Assembly (NCBI GenBank): GCA_965205675.1
Contig: OZ242186.1
Span: 1,696,001-1,760,000, forward strand
DNA from: Nitrosopumilus sp.
GTDB lineage: Archaea > Thermoproteota > Nitrososphaeria > Nitrososphaerales > Nitrosopumilaceae
Direction of reading: 5' to 3'
DNA length: 64,000 bases
Shown: positions 1-9,775 of the stretch, in pieces
How positions within the stretch are numbered: the stretch's first letter is position 1
Layout of the letters: each line of letters begins with the position of its first letter
Notes under the pieces: generated by a model
Told to the model about the DNA's origin: nothing
Databases searched by the model: none
The model's input: only the letters and a program-made list of their open reading frames with translations
Translations under genes and position numbers: made by a program

Positions 1-228
1 TTTGCAGAAAAACACAACTTTAATTTTCCATTATTAGGGGACTATACCAGTAAAACAATTAGAGATTATGATATTTTGATGCCAGATTTACTTCACATCA
101 AAGATTACAATGCTGCAAAACGTTCTGTTTTCATAATTAATGAAGATGGGAAAATTGGCTACAAATGGGTTTCAGAGGATCCATTAAAAGAACCAAATTA
201 TGATGAAATTAAAAATTTCTTAAAATAA
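1..228 (+). CDS. Peroxiredoxin (AhpC/TSA family), 3' part only
   Basis: Manual translation of frame 1: FAEKHNFNFPLLGDY...AKRSVFIINEDGKIGYKW...EPNYDEI, TAA at 226-228; typical AhpC/BCP C-terminal motifs. Confidence 0.85.
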   Translation, partial: FAEKHNFNFPLLGDYTSKTIRDYDILMPDLLHIKDYNAAKRSVFIINEDGKIGYKWVSEDPLKEPNYDEIKNFLK

Positions 229-741
229 TTATTCTATTTCTGCAACAACGTTGCCTTTAGCAACAGTTTCAGTTTCTTTAACTTTAATTGTTTTTACAAC
301 TCCATCTTTGTGCGACTTTATTGCAACTTGCATTTTCATAGATTCTAAAGTACAAACAACATCACCTTTCTTAACAGAATCTCCTTTGGTTACAGATATT
401 GATACAACTTTACCAGGAATTTGACTTTTCAAAGCTAGTTGTGCATTGCCAGCACCGCTTCCACCTGAATTTCTGTAAACGACTTTATCAAAATGAGTGT
501 GTAAGTTCAGTGTGATTGGAACATTGTCAATTACAATTTTCATTTCATTAGTTGATTGTTCAAGATATTTTGCTTTATGATATTTGTTATCTAAAATAAA
601 TTCAATTCCAGTAGAACTCATTGTTATAATTTTTAAATTATGTTCGTTATCATTGATTTTAATTACATAATTATTGTTTCCAAGATTTTCTACAATCTTT
701 CCGTCAAACGATTTTTCAATATCTTGTATTTTATAATTCAT
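229..741 (-). CDS. accB: Biotin carboxyl carrier protein of acetyl/propionyl-CoA carboxylase
   Basis: Biotinylation motif ESMKMQ; last gene of the acc operon. Confidence 0.95.
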   Translation of the reverse strand: MNYKIQDIEKSFDGKIVENLGNNNYVIKINDNEHNLKIITMSSTGIEFILDNKYHKAKYLEQSTNEMKIVIDNVPITLNLHTHFDKVVYRNSGGSGAGNAQLALKSQIPGKVVSISVTKGDSVKKGDVVCTLESMKMQVAIKSHKDGVVKTIKVKETETVAKGNVVAEIE

Positions 742-747
742 TTATCA

Positions 748-2235
748 TCAATCCAGTTTGTATTTCCAATTTGGATTATTGGCAGTATTATTTTGTGCTC
801 TACTCTTAAAGTATTCAGAATGAATAATAGCCGCAGCTAATGCCGCATCGCTTTTATCTTCTTTTTCTTTTTTAAGATCTTTAGTTAATCTATCAATCAT
901 TCCATAACGTTTGAGAAAATCTGTTGAAAGGTCCCCATTTTTGTATTCTTCAGAGTTAAGAATTGTTTTGTATAATGGAATTGAAGTTTCAACGCCTTGG
1001 ATATAAAAGTCATTTAATGCTGCAAGCATTCTAGTTCTTGATTCTTCAAATGTTTGTCCCCAAGTAACGAGTTTTGCCATAAGAGAATCATAAAATGGAG
1101 AAACAGTACATCCAGGATAAAGATAGGTATCACATCTAACACTAGGTCCTGCAGGAATGACTACATCAGGCACAGGTCCGGTAGATGGAGCAAAGTCTAA
1201 GAAAGTATCTTCTGCATTAATTCTGCATTCGATTGCATAGCCATTCATTTTGAGGTCACTTTGTTTGAACGGGATTGACTCACCATTTGCAATGTCTAGT
1301 TGTAATTTGACCAAGTCTAATCCAGACACAAATTCTGTAATTGGATGTTCTACTTGTAATCGGGCATTGATTTCAATAAAATAAAATTCCCCATTATCAG
1401 CCCTCAAAAATTCAGCAGTTCCCAAGTTGGTATAGCCTACTGCATCAGCAGCTCTGCAAACAGATTCACCAACACGTGCTCTTGTTTTTTCATCTACAAT
1501 TGGTGAAGGGGTTTGTTCGATTAATTTTTGATTACGTCTTTGAATGGAGCATTCTCTTTCAAAGATGTGAACAGTGTTACCGTGAGTGTCTCTAGCAAAT
1601 TGGTATTCAATGTGTCGTGTTTTTTCTAGGAATTTTTCTACTAGTATTGCAGACTTTCCTACGGCTGCAATTGATTCACCGGTAACTGATTCAAAGCCTT
1701 CACGTAATTCTTGGTTACTAGTAACAATTCTAATTCCACGACCTCCGCCACCATAAACTGATTTTAACATTACAGGATAACCAATTTCATTTGCAACTTT
1801 TTCTGCATCTTCTGCATCTTTTACCAAACCTGGACTTCCAGGAACTGTTGGAACATCAGCTTTGAGCATTGCAGCTTTGCATTTCATTTTATCTCCACAA
1901 AGATTCATAGATTTTGCTGTAGGACCAATGAAAGTAATTTTATTTTTTTCACATAGATTTGCAAAGTCATCATTTTCAGAAAGAAAACCATATCCTGGAT
2001 GAACTGCATCACTTCCAGATTTTTGCATCACTTCAAGGATTTTTTCTTGATTAAGATATGATTTAGCAGGAGCAGCCTCACCAATATGATATGCTTCAGT
2101 TGCTTGTTTGACATGCATTGAATTGTAATCTTCATCAGAATAAACAGCGACTGTCTTAATTCCAAGTGCCTTACAAGTTCTAATTACACGTAAGGCAATT
2201 TCTCCCCTGTTTGCGATAAGTACTTTTTCAATCAT
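748..2235 (-). CDS. accC: Biotin carboxylase subunit
   Basis: KVLIANRGEIA, HPGYGFLSEN, GGGGRG, RLQVEHPITE motifs. Confidence 0.97.
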   Translation of the reverse strand: MIEKVLIANRGEIALRVIRTCKALGIKTVAVYSDEDYNSMHVKQATEAYHIGEAAPAKSYLNQEKILEVMQKSGSDAVHPGYGFLSENDDFANLCEKNKITFIGPTAKSMNLCGDKMKCKAAMLKADVPTVPGSPGLVKDAEDAEKVANEIGYPVMLKSVYGGGGRGIRIVTSNQELREGFESVTGESIAAVGKSAILVEKFLEKTRHIEYQFARDTHGNTVHIFERECSIQRRNQKLIEQTPSPIVDEKTRARVGESVCRAADAVGYTNLGTAEFLRADNGEFYFIEINARLQVEHPITEFVSGLDLVKLQLDIANGESIPFKQSDLKMNGYAIECRINAEDTFLDFAPSTGPVPDVVIPAGPSVRCDTYLYPGCTVSPFYDSLMAKLVTWGQTFEESRTRMLAALNDFYIQGVETSIPLYKTILNSEEYKNGDLSTDFLKRYGMIDRLTKDLKKEKEDKSDAALAAAIIHSEYFKSRAQNNTANNPNWKYKLD

Positions 2236-2241
2236 ATCTAA

Positions 2242-3789
2242 TCACAAATTGATATTTCCATGTTTTCTTGGTAATTGCTTTGCTCTTTTATTCTCAAGCA
2301 TTTCAAGTGCTTTAATTAACATAGGTCGTGTTTCAGCAGGATCAATTACATTATCTACGGTTCCATGAGATGCTGCAACATAGGGATTTTCAAATTTTTC
2401 TGCAAACTCATCGATTAATTGCTTCTTTAATCCTTCAGCATCCTCAGATTCTTTGAGCTCTTTTCTATACATAATTTTAACAGCAGCTTCTCCACCTAGA
2501 ACAGCACATCTTGCTGTGGGCCATGCATAATTTATGTCAGTTCGGAGATTTTTACTTCCCATTGCAATGTATGCTCCACCATATGCCTTGCCAATAACTA
2601 GTGTAATTCTTGGAACAGTTGCTTCACAATATGCATAAAGTAACTTACTACCATGTCTAATGATACCATTGTGTTCTTGATTAGAACCTGGCATGTATCC
2701 AGGGGTATCAACTAGAGTAATTATTGGAATATTAAATGAATCACAGAATCTAATGAAACGTGCTGCTTTGTTTGATGAATCAATGTCAAGTGCACCGGCA
2801 AGTACAATAGGTTGATTTGCAACAATTCCAACAACCTTTCCATTCATTCTTCCAAAACCAATAACAATATTTGCGGCAAACAATTCATGAACTTCAAAGA
2901 ATTCATGATCATCAACAACTGAATTAATGATTTCTTTCATATCATATGGTTGCAAAGGATTTTCAGGAATGATATTGATCAAGTTGTGATCCATTCTGTT
3001 TGGATCATCATCAGTTTTTATTTTTGGTGGTGTTTCAGTGTTATTTTGAGGTAGATAAGAAATTAATTTTTTGATATAATCCATACATTCGTATTCATTT
3101 TGTGCAACAAAATGTGCAACACCACTCTTTGATCCATGTGTTATTGCCCCTCCAAGATCATCAAATGAAATTTCTTCTCCCAATACAGTCTTGACTACAT
3201 CTGGACCTGTTACAAACATGGTTCCTACTTTTTCAACCATAATTACAAAGTCAGTCATTGCAGGTGAATATACAGAACCGCCAGCAGATGGACCAATACT
3301 TGCAGTAATTTGTGGAATTACCCCAGAAGCTAATTGATTATGATAAAAGATATCTGCAAATCCGTCAAGACTCATGATGCCCTCTTGAATTCTAGCACCA
3401 CCAGAATCCATTACACCAATTATCGGACATCCCGTTTGAACTGCATGATCCATTAGTTTAGTAATTTTTTTAGCTCCCATTTGACTAAGTGTTCCACCAA
3501 GCACAGTGAAATCATATGCAAATACAAAGATTTGTCGTCCATTTACATTTCCATAACCTCCAACTACACCATCTGTGAAAAATTTCTTTTTTTGCATATC
3601 GTATTCATGATAGTGATGTGTGGTTAATGGATCAATTTCAGTAAAAGTACCTTCATCAAGTAATAGATTAATTCTTTCACGAGCAGTTAATTTTCCTTTC
3701 TCATGTTGAGCCTTAATTCTATCTTGTCCTCCTCCTCCTAATGATGTTTTATTCTTTTTAGTATATCCTTCAATCTTTTCAGAATGCAC
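2242..3789 (-). CDS. pccB: Acyl-CoA carboxyltransferase subunit (3HP/4HB cycle carboxylase)
   Basis: DSGGARIQEG, KAYGGAY, C-terminal RKHGNINL. Confidence 0.95.
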   Translation of the reverse strand: MHSEKIEGYTKKNKTSLGGGGQDRIKAQHEKGKLTARERINLLLDEGTFTEIDPLTTHHYHEYDMQKKKFFTDGVVGGYGNVNGRQIFVFAYDFTVLGGTLSQMGAKKITKLMDHAVQTGCPIIGVMDSGGARIQEGIMSLDGFADIFYHNQLASGVIPQITASIGPSAGGSVYSPAMTDFVIMVEKVGTMFVTGPDVVKTVLGEEISFDDLGGAITHGSKSGVAHFVAQNEYECMDYIKKLISYLPQNNTETPPKIKTDDDPNRMDHNLINIIPENPLQPYDMKEIINSVVDDHEFFEVHELFAANIVIGFGRMNGKVVGIVANQPIVLAGALDIDSSNKAARFIRFCDSFNIPIITLVDTPGYMPGSNQEHNGIIRHGSKLLYAYCEATVPRITLVIGKAYGGAYIAMGSKNLRTDINYAWPTARCAVLGGEAAVKIMYRKELKESEDAEGLKKQLIDEFAEKFENPYVAASHGTVDNVIDPAETRPMLIKALEMLENKRAKQLPRKHGNINL

Positions 3790-3887
3790 GGTATTCTAAA
3801 GCAGGAAAGTTTTCCTATATTTAGGTTCAGGATATTGGCTTGTAAAAAATTTATAAAAATTCAACGATCATTGATTTTTTTAGAATT

Positions 3888-4199
3888 TCATGAGTTAAAA
3901 ATTGAAAATTTCTTATTTGCAGATTTTTGATAGGAACTAAAAGCATCATTTTCTTCACTACATTTCTTACATATACACAACTGAGAGACATTTGGAATAT
4001 CACAATTTTCCTGAAATTCACACTGAGAACAGCCAGCAGGGTTACCACATACAATACACTGTAATTCATTAATCTGGGTACACTTTTCATGTTTTACACC
4101 CAAACCTTTTGCCCATAAACCAATTTCGTTGATAGGGATTTTTCCATTACAAACAATACATGTGCCTGGAAACTTCATGGGGATTTTTCTCCAACTCAT
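3888..4199 (-). CDS. Cys-rich hypothetical protein, probably Zn-binding
   Basis: Several CxxC pairs (CIVC twice, CSQC, CKKC); start overlaps rfcL stop. Confidence 0.7.
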   Translation of the reverse strand: MSWRKIPMKFPGTCIVCNGKIPINEIGLWAKGLGVKHEKCTQINELQCIVCGNPAGCSQCEFQENCDIPNVSQLCICKKCSEENDAFSSYQKSANKKFSIFNS

Positions 4200-5353
4200 T
4201 GTATTTGTTCAATCTCCTTTTCAATAATATCCCCAAAAGTTTCTTCCAAGTCCAATTCAAGTGTTTTATTTTTAATACATAATAAAACAAAAGGGAAACA
4301 CAATGTGACAAAAGAACTAGAAGATGAATGTAATTTTTTTGCCATGATCGATGAAAGAGATTTTATCTTTACGCCATCCCAACGAATTCTATTTAGTAAA
4401 GGCCATGATAAATTGTATTGTGCATACCTAATTCGATCATCATTTTGATACAATTTAATCAAAATATCATTTAGATATCGAAGCAGTCTCCAATTCTGAG
4501 TCTTCATAATTTTTCCAAAAAGCATATCGGCTTTAGATATAATTTCTAAATATGTTGCAAATGTTAAACTATCTAAATCACTTGTGATGATACTAGAATA
4601 AAATGCATTGATTTTTTCTCTAGGATTAATTTGCATCGAATATAGAACACTTTTAGCTTCTTCAATCGAATTTGCTTTAAAAAAAGCATTAATTCCATCT
4701 TCAACATTAATACTTTCAAAAGAATTTTCAGTTTGAGGATTAAATCCAGTCACAAAAGATTGTGCAAAGTTAGTCATTGAACGAATATCCCCCCTTGATT
4801 TATCAATTACTTTGATTATTGTACCGGGACTAAGACTTGCACTTTGTTTTTTTAAAATATTTTCAAGGTATACCCGTAATAATCGTGGAGGGATTTTTTT
4901 GAATTGAATTGTTTTTACAACTTTTTTGATACTTTTCATTTTATCAGAATCATCACTATTTGCAGCAAGGACAATTGGTACTGTAGGTTCTTTGAGAATA
5001 TCAACAAGTGCTGATGCCCCACCATAATCCCCACGACCATGAATACCATCAACTTCATCAACAAAAATCATTGGAGTGCCCATTACACTTACGTTTGCTA
5101 AAACAGGCGTTAGAACTTCATTTATTCTGGATTTACTTCTAACATCACTGGCATTAAGACCAATCATATCATATCCAAATTGCTTAGCAATCAAATATGC
5201 AATGGTAGTTTTTCCAATTCCAGGCGGTCCTACCAAAAGTAATGGCTTTGTGCCTTTTCTCCATTTGAGAAACCATTCAGTAATTGTCACTCGTGCTTCT
5301 TCATTTCCTACCATGTCAGAAATTATCTGAGGTCGGTATTTTTCAGACCACAT
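4196..5353 (-). CDS. rfcL: Replication factor C large subunit
   Basis: WSEKYRP, GPPGIGKTT, LNASD, DEVDG, GDIRS; start placed at MWSEK. Confidence 0.92.
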   Translation of the reverse strand: MWSEKYRPQIISDMVGNEEARVTITEWFLKWRKGTKPLLLVGPPGIGKTTIAYLIAKQFGYDMIGLNASDVRSKSRINEVLTPVLANVSVMGTPMIFVDEVDGIHGRGDYGGASALVDILKEPTVPIVLAANSDDSDKMKSIKKVVKTIQFKKIPPRLLRVYLENILKKQSASLSPGTIIKVIDKSRGDIRSMTNFAQSFVTGFNPQTENSFESINVEDGINAFFKANSIEEAKSVLYSMQINPREKINAFYSSIITSDLDSLTFATYLEIISKADMLFGKIMKTQNWRLLRYLNDILIKLYQNDDRIRYAQYNLSWPLLNRIRWDGVKIKSLSSIMAKKLHSSSSSFVTLCFPFVLLCIKNKTLELDLEETFGDIIEKEIEQIQ

Positions 5354-5361
5354 CAATGCAA

Positions 5362-6477
5362 TCACTTGGGAAGTTTGGACTGGTACTCAGACCACTTGTT
5401 GGCCTTTTGTAATTTATTGTACCAATATTGATTATAATGTTCCACAGTTAAAAATAAAAATTCTAAAAATTCTTTGTGAGAAAAGTTATCAGGTAATAGA
5501 TCTAGTGTAAGTCTTGCATCTTGTAAATACAAATTACTTTTTTCTATAGTAACCTCAAATCCTTGTTTTAGATCATTTGCTAATAACGAATAATACAAAG
5601 GCCAAGAAGGAATTTTTACAAAACCGTTTTTAATTGAATCTTCAATTTCATTTCCACATCCAACACCTTCAGCAGCTCTTGCCATCCCTAAATAAAAAAT
5701 CTCACTCAAAGGTCTTTCTGCCAAAGCCATATTTCGTCCAGCAGTTCCCATTACAGCACGATATTTTTTATAAGATACAGTCATCTCTTCTTCAGTAATT
5801 TCTGTAGGTTTTGATTTTAATTTTTCATCCAAGTATTGTCCAATTCGTGCATCTTTGAATCCAGCTTCAAATTCTTTTAGAACCTTTTCCCCGCCTTTTG
5901 AAATTTTATCTCTAGCTAATTTCAAAATATAGGGGTTCATCAATTTGTAATCATCAAGAAATTCCAAGTCTTCATCTTTATCTACAATTCTATCCATAGG
6001 TTCACTAAGATCAATTGCAAGAATATGTCCTTCAACTATATCTTGTTTTAATTGAGGATCATCTCTTCTAGAATATTCTGCTGCGGCATCAAATAATCCA
6101 TTAAAAACAGGAAAAGTCATCTTTACAAAATTTGAGTTCAAAATTCGATTTACCCTATCTTGCATCACATCAATACTATCTAATTTTGATTTTATAGGCT
6201 CAATTTGAGATGCATTTAGTATAATTTCAGTTGAATCTATTTCATCACCAAATGCCTGTTGAGTTGCATTTGGATTTGGATCGGATTTTATTTCATCAAG
6301 TAGTCCTTTAGCAAATCTCTCTGCGAATTCTGGAAATTGGTTTTCAGTTTCTTCTTTATATTTGTTAAATAATTTATAGCCTTTAGATTTGAACAAAGCT
6401 TGCTTGATAATTTGCTTACCTGGTTTTGTACTCATCAAAGCTTCTTTGCTTGTTACAGATTGATCTTTACCACTCAC
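5362..6477 (-). CDS. Conserved hypothetical protein
   Basis: 371-aa ORF with host-like codon usage, directly upstream of rfcL. Confidence 0.75.
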   Translation of the reverse strand: MSGKDQSVTSKEALMSTKPGKQIIKQALFKSKGYKLFNKYKEETENQFPEFAERFAKGLLDEIKSDPNPNATQQAFGDEIDSTEIILNASQIEPIKSKLDSIDVMQDRVNRILNSNFVKMTFPVFNGLFDAAAEYSRRDDPQLKQDIVEGHILAIDLSEPMDRIVDKDEDLEFLDDYKLMNPYILKLARDKISKGGEKVLKEFEAGFKDARIGQYLDEKLKSKPTEITEEEMTVSYKKYRAVMGTAGRNMALAERPLSEIFYLGMARAAEGVGCGNEIEDSIKNGFVKIPSWPLYYSLLANDLKQGFEVTIEKSNLYLQDARLTLDLLPDNFSHKEFLEFLFLTVEHYNQYWYNKLQKANKWSEYQSKLPK

Positions 6478-6560
6478 AAACGTTAAGCTTTTTTATTGTT
6501 ATTTATGCTTTCAAACTAAATTTTTTCTTCACTTAAATTACGATTGATCAATTTGACAAC

Positions 6561-7361
6561 ATGGACACAATAGAAATTCTTCGTGAAGCTTCAAACAGAA
6601 TTTATGCAAATGTAAAAGATCTTGCAGGAACAGATGATGCTGCAGGAGATTTTGGTGTTGGAGCCGGTGGAGATATTTCAAGAAACATAGACATTGTTGC
6701 TGAGAACACAGTCTTAGATTATCTTAAAGAGATTGACTTTGAATGTGTTGTATTAGGAGAAGAATGTGGACGAGTAGAATTATCAAATAATCCAAAAGGA
6801 TTTATCATAATGGATGCAATAGACGGTTCTGCTAATGCAGTAAGAGGAGTTCCATTTTTCTGTAGTTCCTTAGCATTTGCAACTAAAAATAAATTAAGTT
6901 CAATTACAGATGGTGTAATCACAAATCTTTCAAATGGTGAAATGTATTGGGCATCAAAAAATAAGGGTGCATTTTTTAATAATAAACAAATCAAAGTTCA
7001 CAAAAAAGATCCAATCTATAAAATAGTTGGAATTAACACATCAGGATCATCTCTTGAATTGATGAAAAAATTACATCCGATTTTTGAAAATCATAATCAT
7101 ACAAGACATTTTGGTGCAAATGCACTAGAAATGGCAATATTTGCAAGAGGATTAATGGATATTTTTATTGATCTAAGAGATAAAATTAGAATTCAAGATA
7201 TTGCAGCAGGATATGTAATTGTCAAAGAAGCAGGAGGTTTGCTATTAGATGCAGATCTGAATCCGCTTGATGCAGATCTAAGCTATGAGACAAAAGTTTC
7301 TTTTATCGCAGCGGCAAACCAAGAAATTCTTGATGAAATAATGTCGCAGATCAACAAATGA
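6561..7361 (+). CDS. suhB: Inositol monophosphatase / fructose-1,6-bisphosphatase (FIG family)
   Basis: GEE, DAIDGSAN, DIAAG..IVKEAGG motifs. Confidence 0.9.
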   Translation: MDTIEILREASNRIYANVKDLAGTDDAAGDFGVGAGGDISRNIDIVAENTVLDYLKEIDFECVVLGEECGRVELSNNPKGFIIMDAIDGSANAVRGVPFFCSSLAFATKNKLSSITDGVITNLSNGEMYWASKNKGAFFNNKQIKVHKKDPIYKIVGINTSGSSLELMKKLHPIFENHNHTRHFGANALEMAIFARGLMDIFIDLRDKIRIQDIAAGYVIVKEAGGLLLDADLNPLDADLSYETKVSFIAAANQEILDEIMSQINK

Positions 7362-7494
7362 AATTATTGAATAAAAATTTAAAAAATTATGAATAGATTG
7401 ATAATTTATCTGACATTTTTGAGTTTTCAATAGATTTTGTAAGATAGATGCTAAGAGAAATATATTTAACCAAAGTCAAGAAAAAACTTCTTGT

Positions 7495-8337
7495 ATGGTA
7501 ACTGAGATGAAAGCAAAGGTCGTCTACAGGGAGTTACTTAAAGAAGATCTAGTGATTATTAGATTAGTTCCAGAAAAAGGAGTGCCAGAATACAAAACAG
7601 GTCAGTTTTTGACAATAGGTCTTCCAATTCCAGCAGAAAAAAAAGTTGTTAGAAGAGCATATTCTATCGCATCACATGCTGAGAACAGAGATTATTTTGA
7701 ATTTGTAATTAGATGGGTAAGAAAACCACTTCCAGGACGTGTAACTACTGAATTGTTTTATCTAAGTGTTGGAGATGAAGTTTCTCTTGGTGATCCAACA
7801 GGAGCTGCATTACAAATTAGCGACAAGTTACCTAATGGACAAAAAGACAATAGAAGAGTAATTTGTGTAGGTGGAGGTACAGGATTGGCTCCATTTATTG
7901 CATTTGCAAAACATTTTCATGATATCAATGATAAACGAGAAGTAATTGTTCTTCACGGTGCAAGTTATGTTGATGAATTAAGCTACAAACGACTATTAAC
8001 AGATTTAGAAATGGAAAGTGAAAACAGAGGAAGAGACAAATGGAATTTCAGATACAGAGCCGCAATTAGTAGACCAAAAGAATTTTTCAATAGATCATGG
8101 AATGGTCATGTAGGTAGAGTAGAATCTTTCTTCAAACCTGATAAAAAATCAGGATTATCGCCCGTAGAAGAAATGGTCGGCGAGGAACTAACTCCAGAAA
8201 ATTCAATTATCTATATTTGTGGTTATCAAGGAACAATTGATGGAGTAATTGAACATCTAGGGCCAAAAGGATTCGTTACTGAACATGAGAAAAAACCCGA
8301 TGGAAGTTTTGGAATTAAATTCGAATCATACGGATAG
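7495..8337 (+). CDS. Ferredoxin--NADP(+) reductase family oxidoreductase
   Basis: RRAYSIAS (FAD), GGGTGLAPF, YICG, C-terminal ESY. Confidence 0.9.
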   Translation: MVTEMKAKVVYRELLKEDLVIIRLVPEKGVPEYKTGQFLTIGLPIPAEKKVVRRAYSIASHAENRDYFEFVIRWVRKPLPGRVTTELFYLSVGDEVSLGDPTGAALQISDKLPNGQKDNRRVICVGGGTGLAPFIAFAKHFHDINDKREVIVLHGASYVDELSYKRLLTDLEMESENRGRDKWNFRYRAAISRPKEFFNRSWNGHVGRVESFFKPDKKSGLSPVEEMVGEELTPENSIIYICGYQGTIDGVIEHLGPKGFVTEHEKKPDGSFGIKFESYG

Positions 8338-8441
8338 ATTATTTAAAAATAAAAAAAGTTATTTTTTAATATCTTAAAATTAAGATATTTGTACTAATTA
8401 TATACGTGTGGATTTTTATATTCATTATTTTTTATCAAAAC

Positions 8442-8609
8442 ATGGCAAAACTCAAGTGCAGTGATTATGGATTTGAGTGTAATTTTGTAGTCGAAGGCGA
8501 ATTGGAGACAGTTATTAATAATTTTAGAAATCATACAGATGAAGAACATGGAATAGACTACTCTAAAGAAGCAGTCATGCAATTTCTCTTAAGAAAACAA
8601 GGATTGTAG
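8442..8609 (+). CDS. Small DUF1059-like metal-binding protein
   Basis: LKCSDYGFECNF...HTDEEHG pattern. Confidence 0.75.
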   Translation: MAKLKCSDYGFECNFVVEGELETVINNFRNHTDEEHGIDYSKEAVMQFLLRKQGL

Positions 8610-8717
8610 TGAAATCAAGCAAAATCTAACCTTTTCATTCTAACATGTTACAGTTGCTGAAAATGAGGTGCCAACTGTTAGTGAAATCAAGCAAAATCTA
8701 ACCTTTTCATTCTAACA
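8607..8717. repeat. 39-bp perfect direct repeat (8607-8645, 8679-8717) flanking a 33-bp insert
   Basis: TAGTGAAATCAAGCAAAATCTAACCTTTTCATTCTAACA occurs twice; it contains the hemA-like stop codon. Confidence 0.9.
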
Positions 8718-9766
8718 GCTAAAACAGGGAGTTCTTTTTCAATAATTTTCTCTACTGCAGGAACAATACCTACTCTAGCTTTTACGCTTTCTTCATAAAG
8801 TTCTGCAATTTGGTCTCTGAATAATAATTTGATTCCGGGAAGTGCAGTAATTCCTTCATCAACAGTTCTAGGATCAGACAAGTCTAAAATTAATGTACCT
8901 TTTTTCTTTTCTTCCATAACTAATCTAATTCTATCAAAGGTGATTAAGAAATAATCAGATGTGGTTGCAACAAAAATAATATCATATTTGTCAAATCCTA
9001 CCAAAACATCGTTAAAATCTACAGGAGTTCCGCCAAGAAGGGTTGTAAACCCCGTGGCACGTTCAACACTTCTACTAGTAACATCAAATGCTATGTTTTT
9101 TTTGTTCAAGGTCTTTGCAAGCATGGCGGCAGGCTCACCAGTTCCAATAATAAGTACTTTTTTCTTGGAATCAAGTCCGGCTTTCTCATCTACTAGTTTT
9201 ACAGCAACATCACCTAGTGAAATTACATCTTTTGCAATTCCTGTAGTATCTCTCATTCTAGTAGCCAAACGAATTACACTATCAAATAACTTATTGAGAA
9301 TATTTCCAGATACGCCAGCAGTTTTTGCATTAGCTAACGATTGAACGATTTCATCAAAGACTTCTTGTTTCCCAACAACTACAGAATCCAAGCCCGATGC
9401 TAATCGTAACAGATTCAAGTAAACATCATCACCTTTGTAAACTTCAAGGGTTTGGTCAAAGTGATCAATATCAATTTGTTCTAAAGAAGATAAAGATACC
9501 CAGATATCTTTAATTTTATTTAATACGAGTGTTTTACCTTCTTCTCGTCTCGCATCAGGAGAATCATCAGTTTCAACATTACCTACTGTAAAGATTTCAA
9601 CTCTACTTGCAGTTTGAATGATAATACATTCATCCACACCAGGGATTTTTTTAAATTCTGCACATGCAGCAATTACATCTTTGAAAGTAAACTTTGACAA
9701 TGTGTGTAACGGAATATTTTTGAAAGTTACTCGTGCATTCATTACATCAAAAGATATTTGTCCCAT
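8687..9766 (-). CDS. Glutamyl-tRNA reductase-like protein lacking the catalytic Cys
   Basis: HemA-like motifs (ASGLDSVVVG, IGTGE, DLSDPRTVD) but TASR in place of TCNR. Confidence 0.85.
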   Translation of the reverse strand: MGQISFDVMNARVTFKNIPLHTLSKFTFKDVIAACAEFKKIPGVDECIIIQTASRVEIFTVGNVETDDSPDARREEGKTLVLNKIKDIWVSLSSLEQIDIDHFDQTLEVYKGDDVYLNLLRLASGLDSVVVGKQEVFDEIVQSLANAKTAGVSGNILNKLFDSVIRLATRMRDTTGIAKDVISLGDVAVKLVDEKAGLDSKKKVLIIGTGEPAAMLAKTLNKKNIAFDVTSRSVERATGFTTLLGGTPVDFNDVLVGFDKYDIIFVATTSDYFLITFDRIRLVMEEKKKGTLILDLSDPRTVDEGITALPGIKLLFRDQIAELYEESVKARVGIVPAVEKIIEKELPVLAVRMKRLDFA

Positions 9767-9775
9767 ATCATCTAC

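Noticed and set aside
8607-8717. Repeat-spacer-repeat (39/33/39 bp) as a mini CRISPR array
   Set aside because: Only two units, the repeat is coding sequence of the hemA-like gene end, and there are no cas genes or leader in the window.
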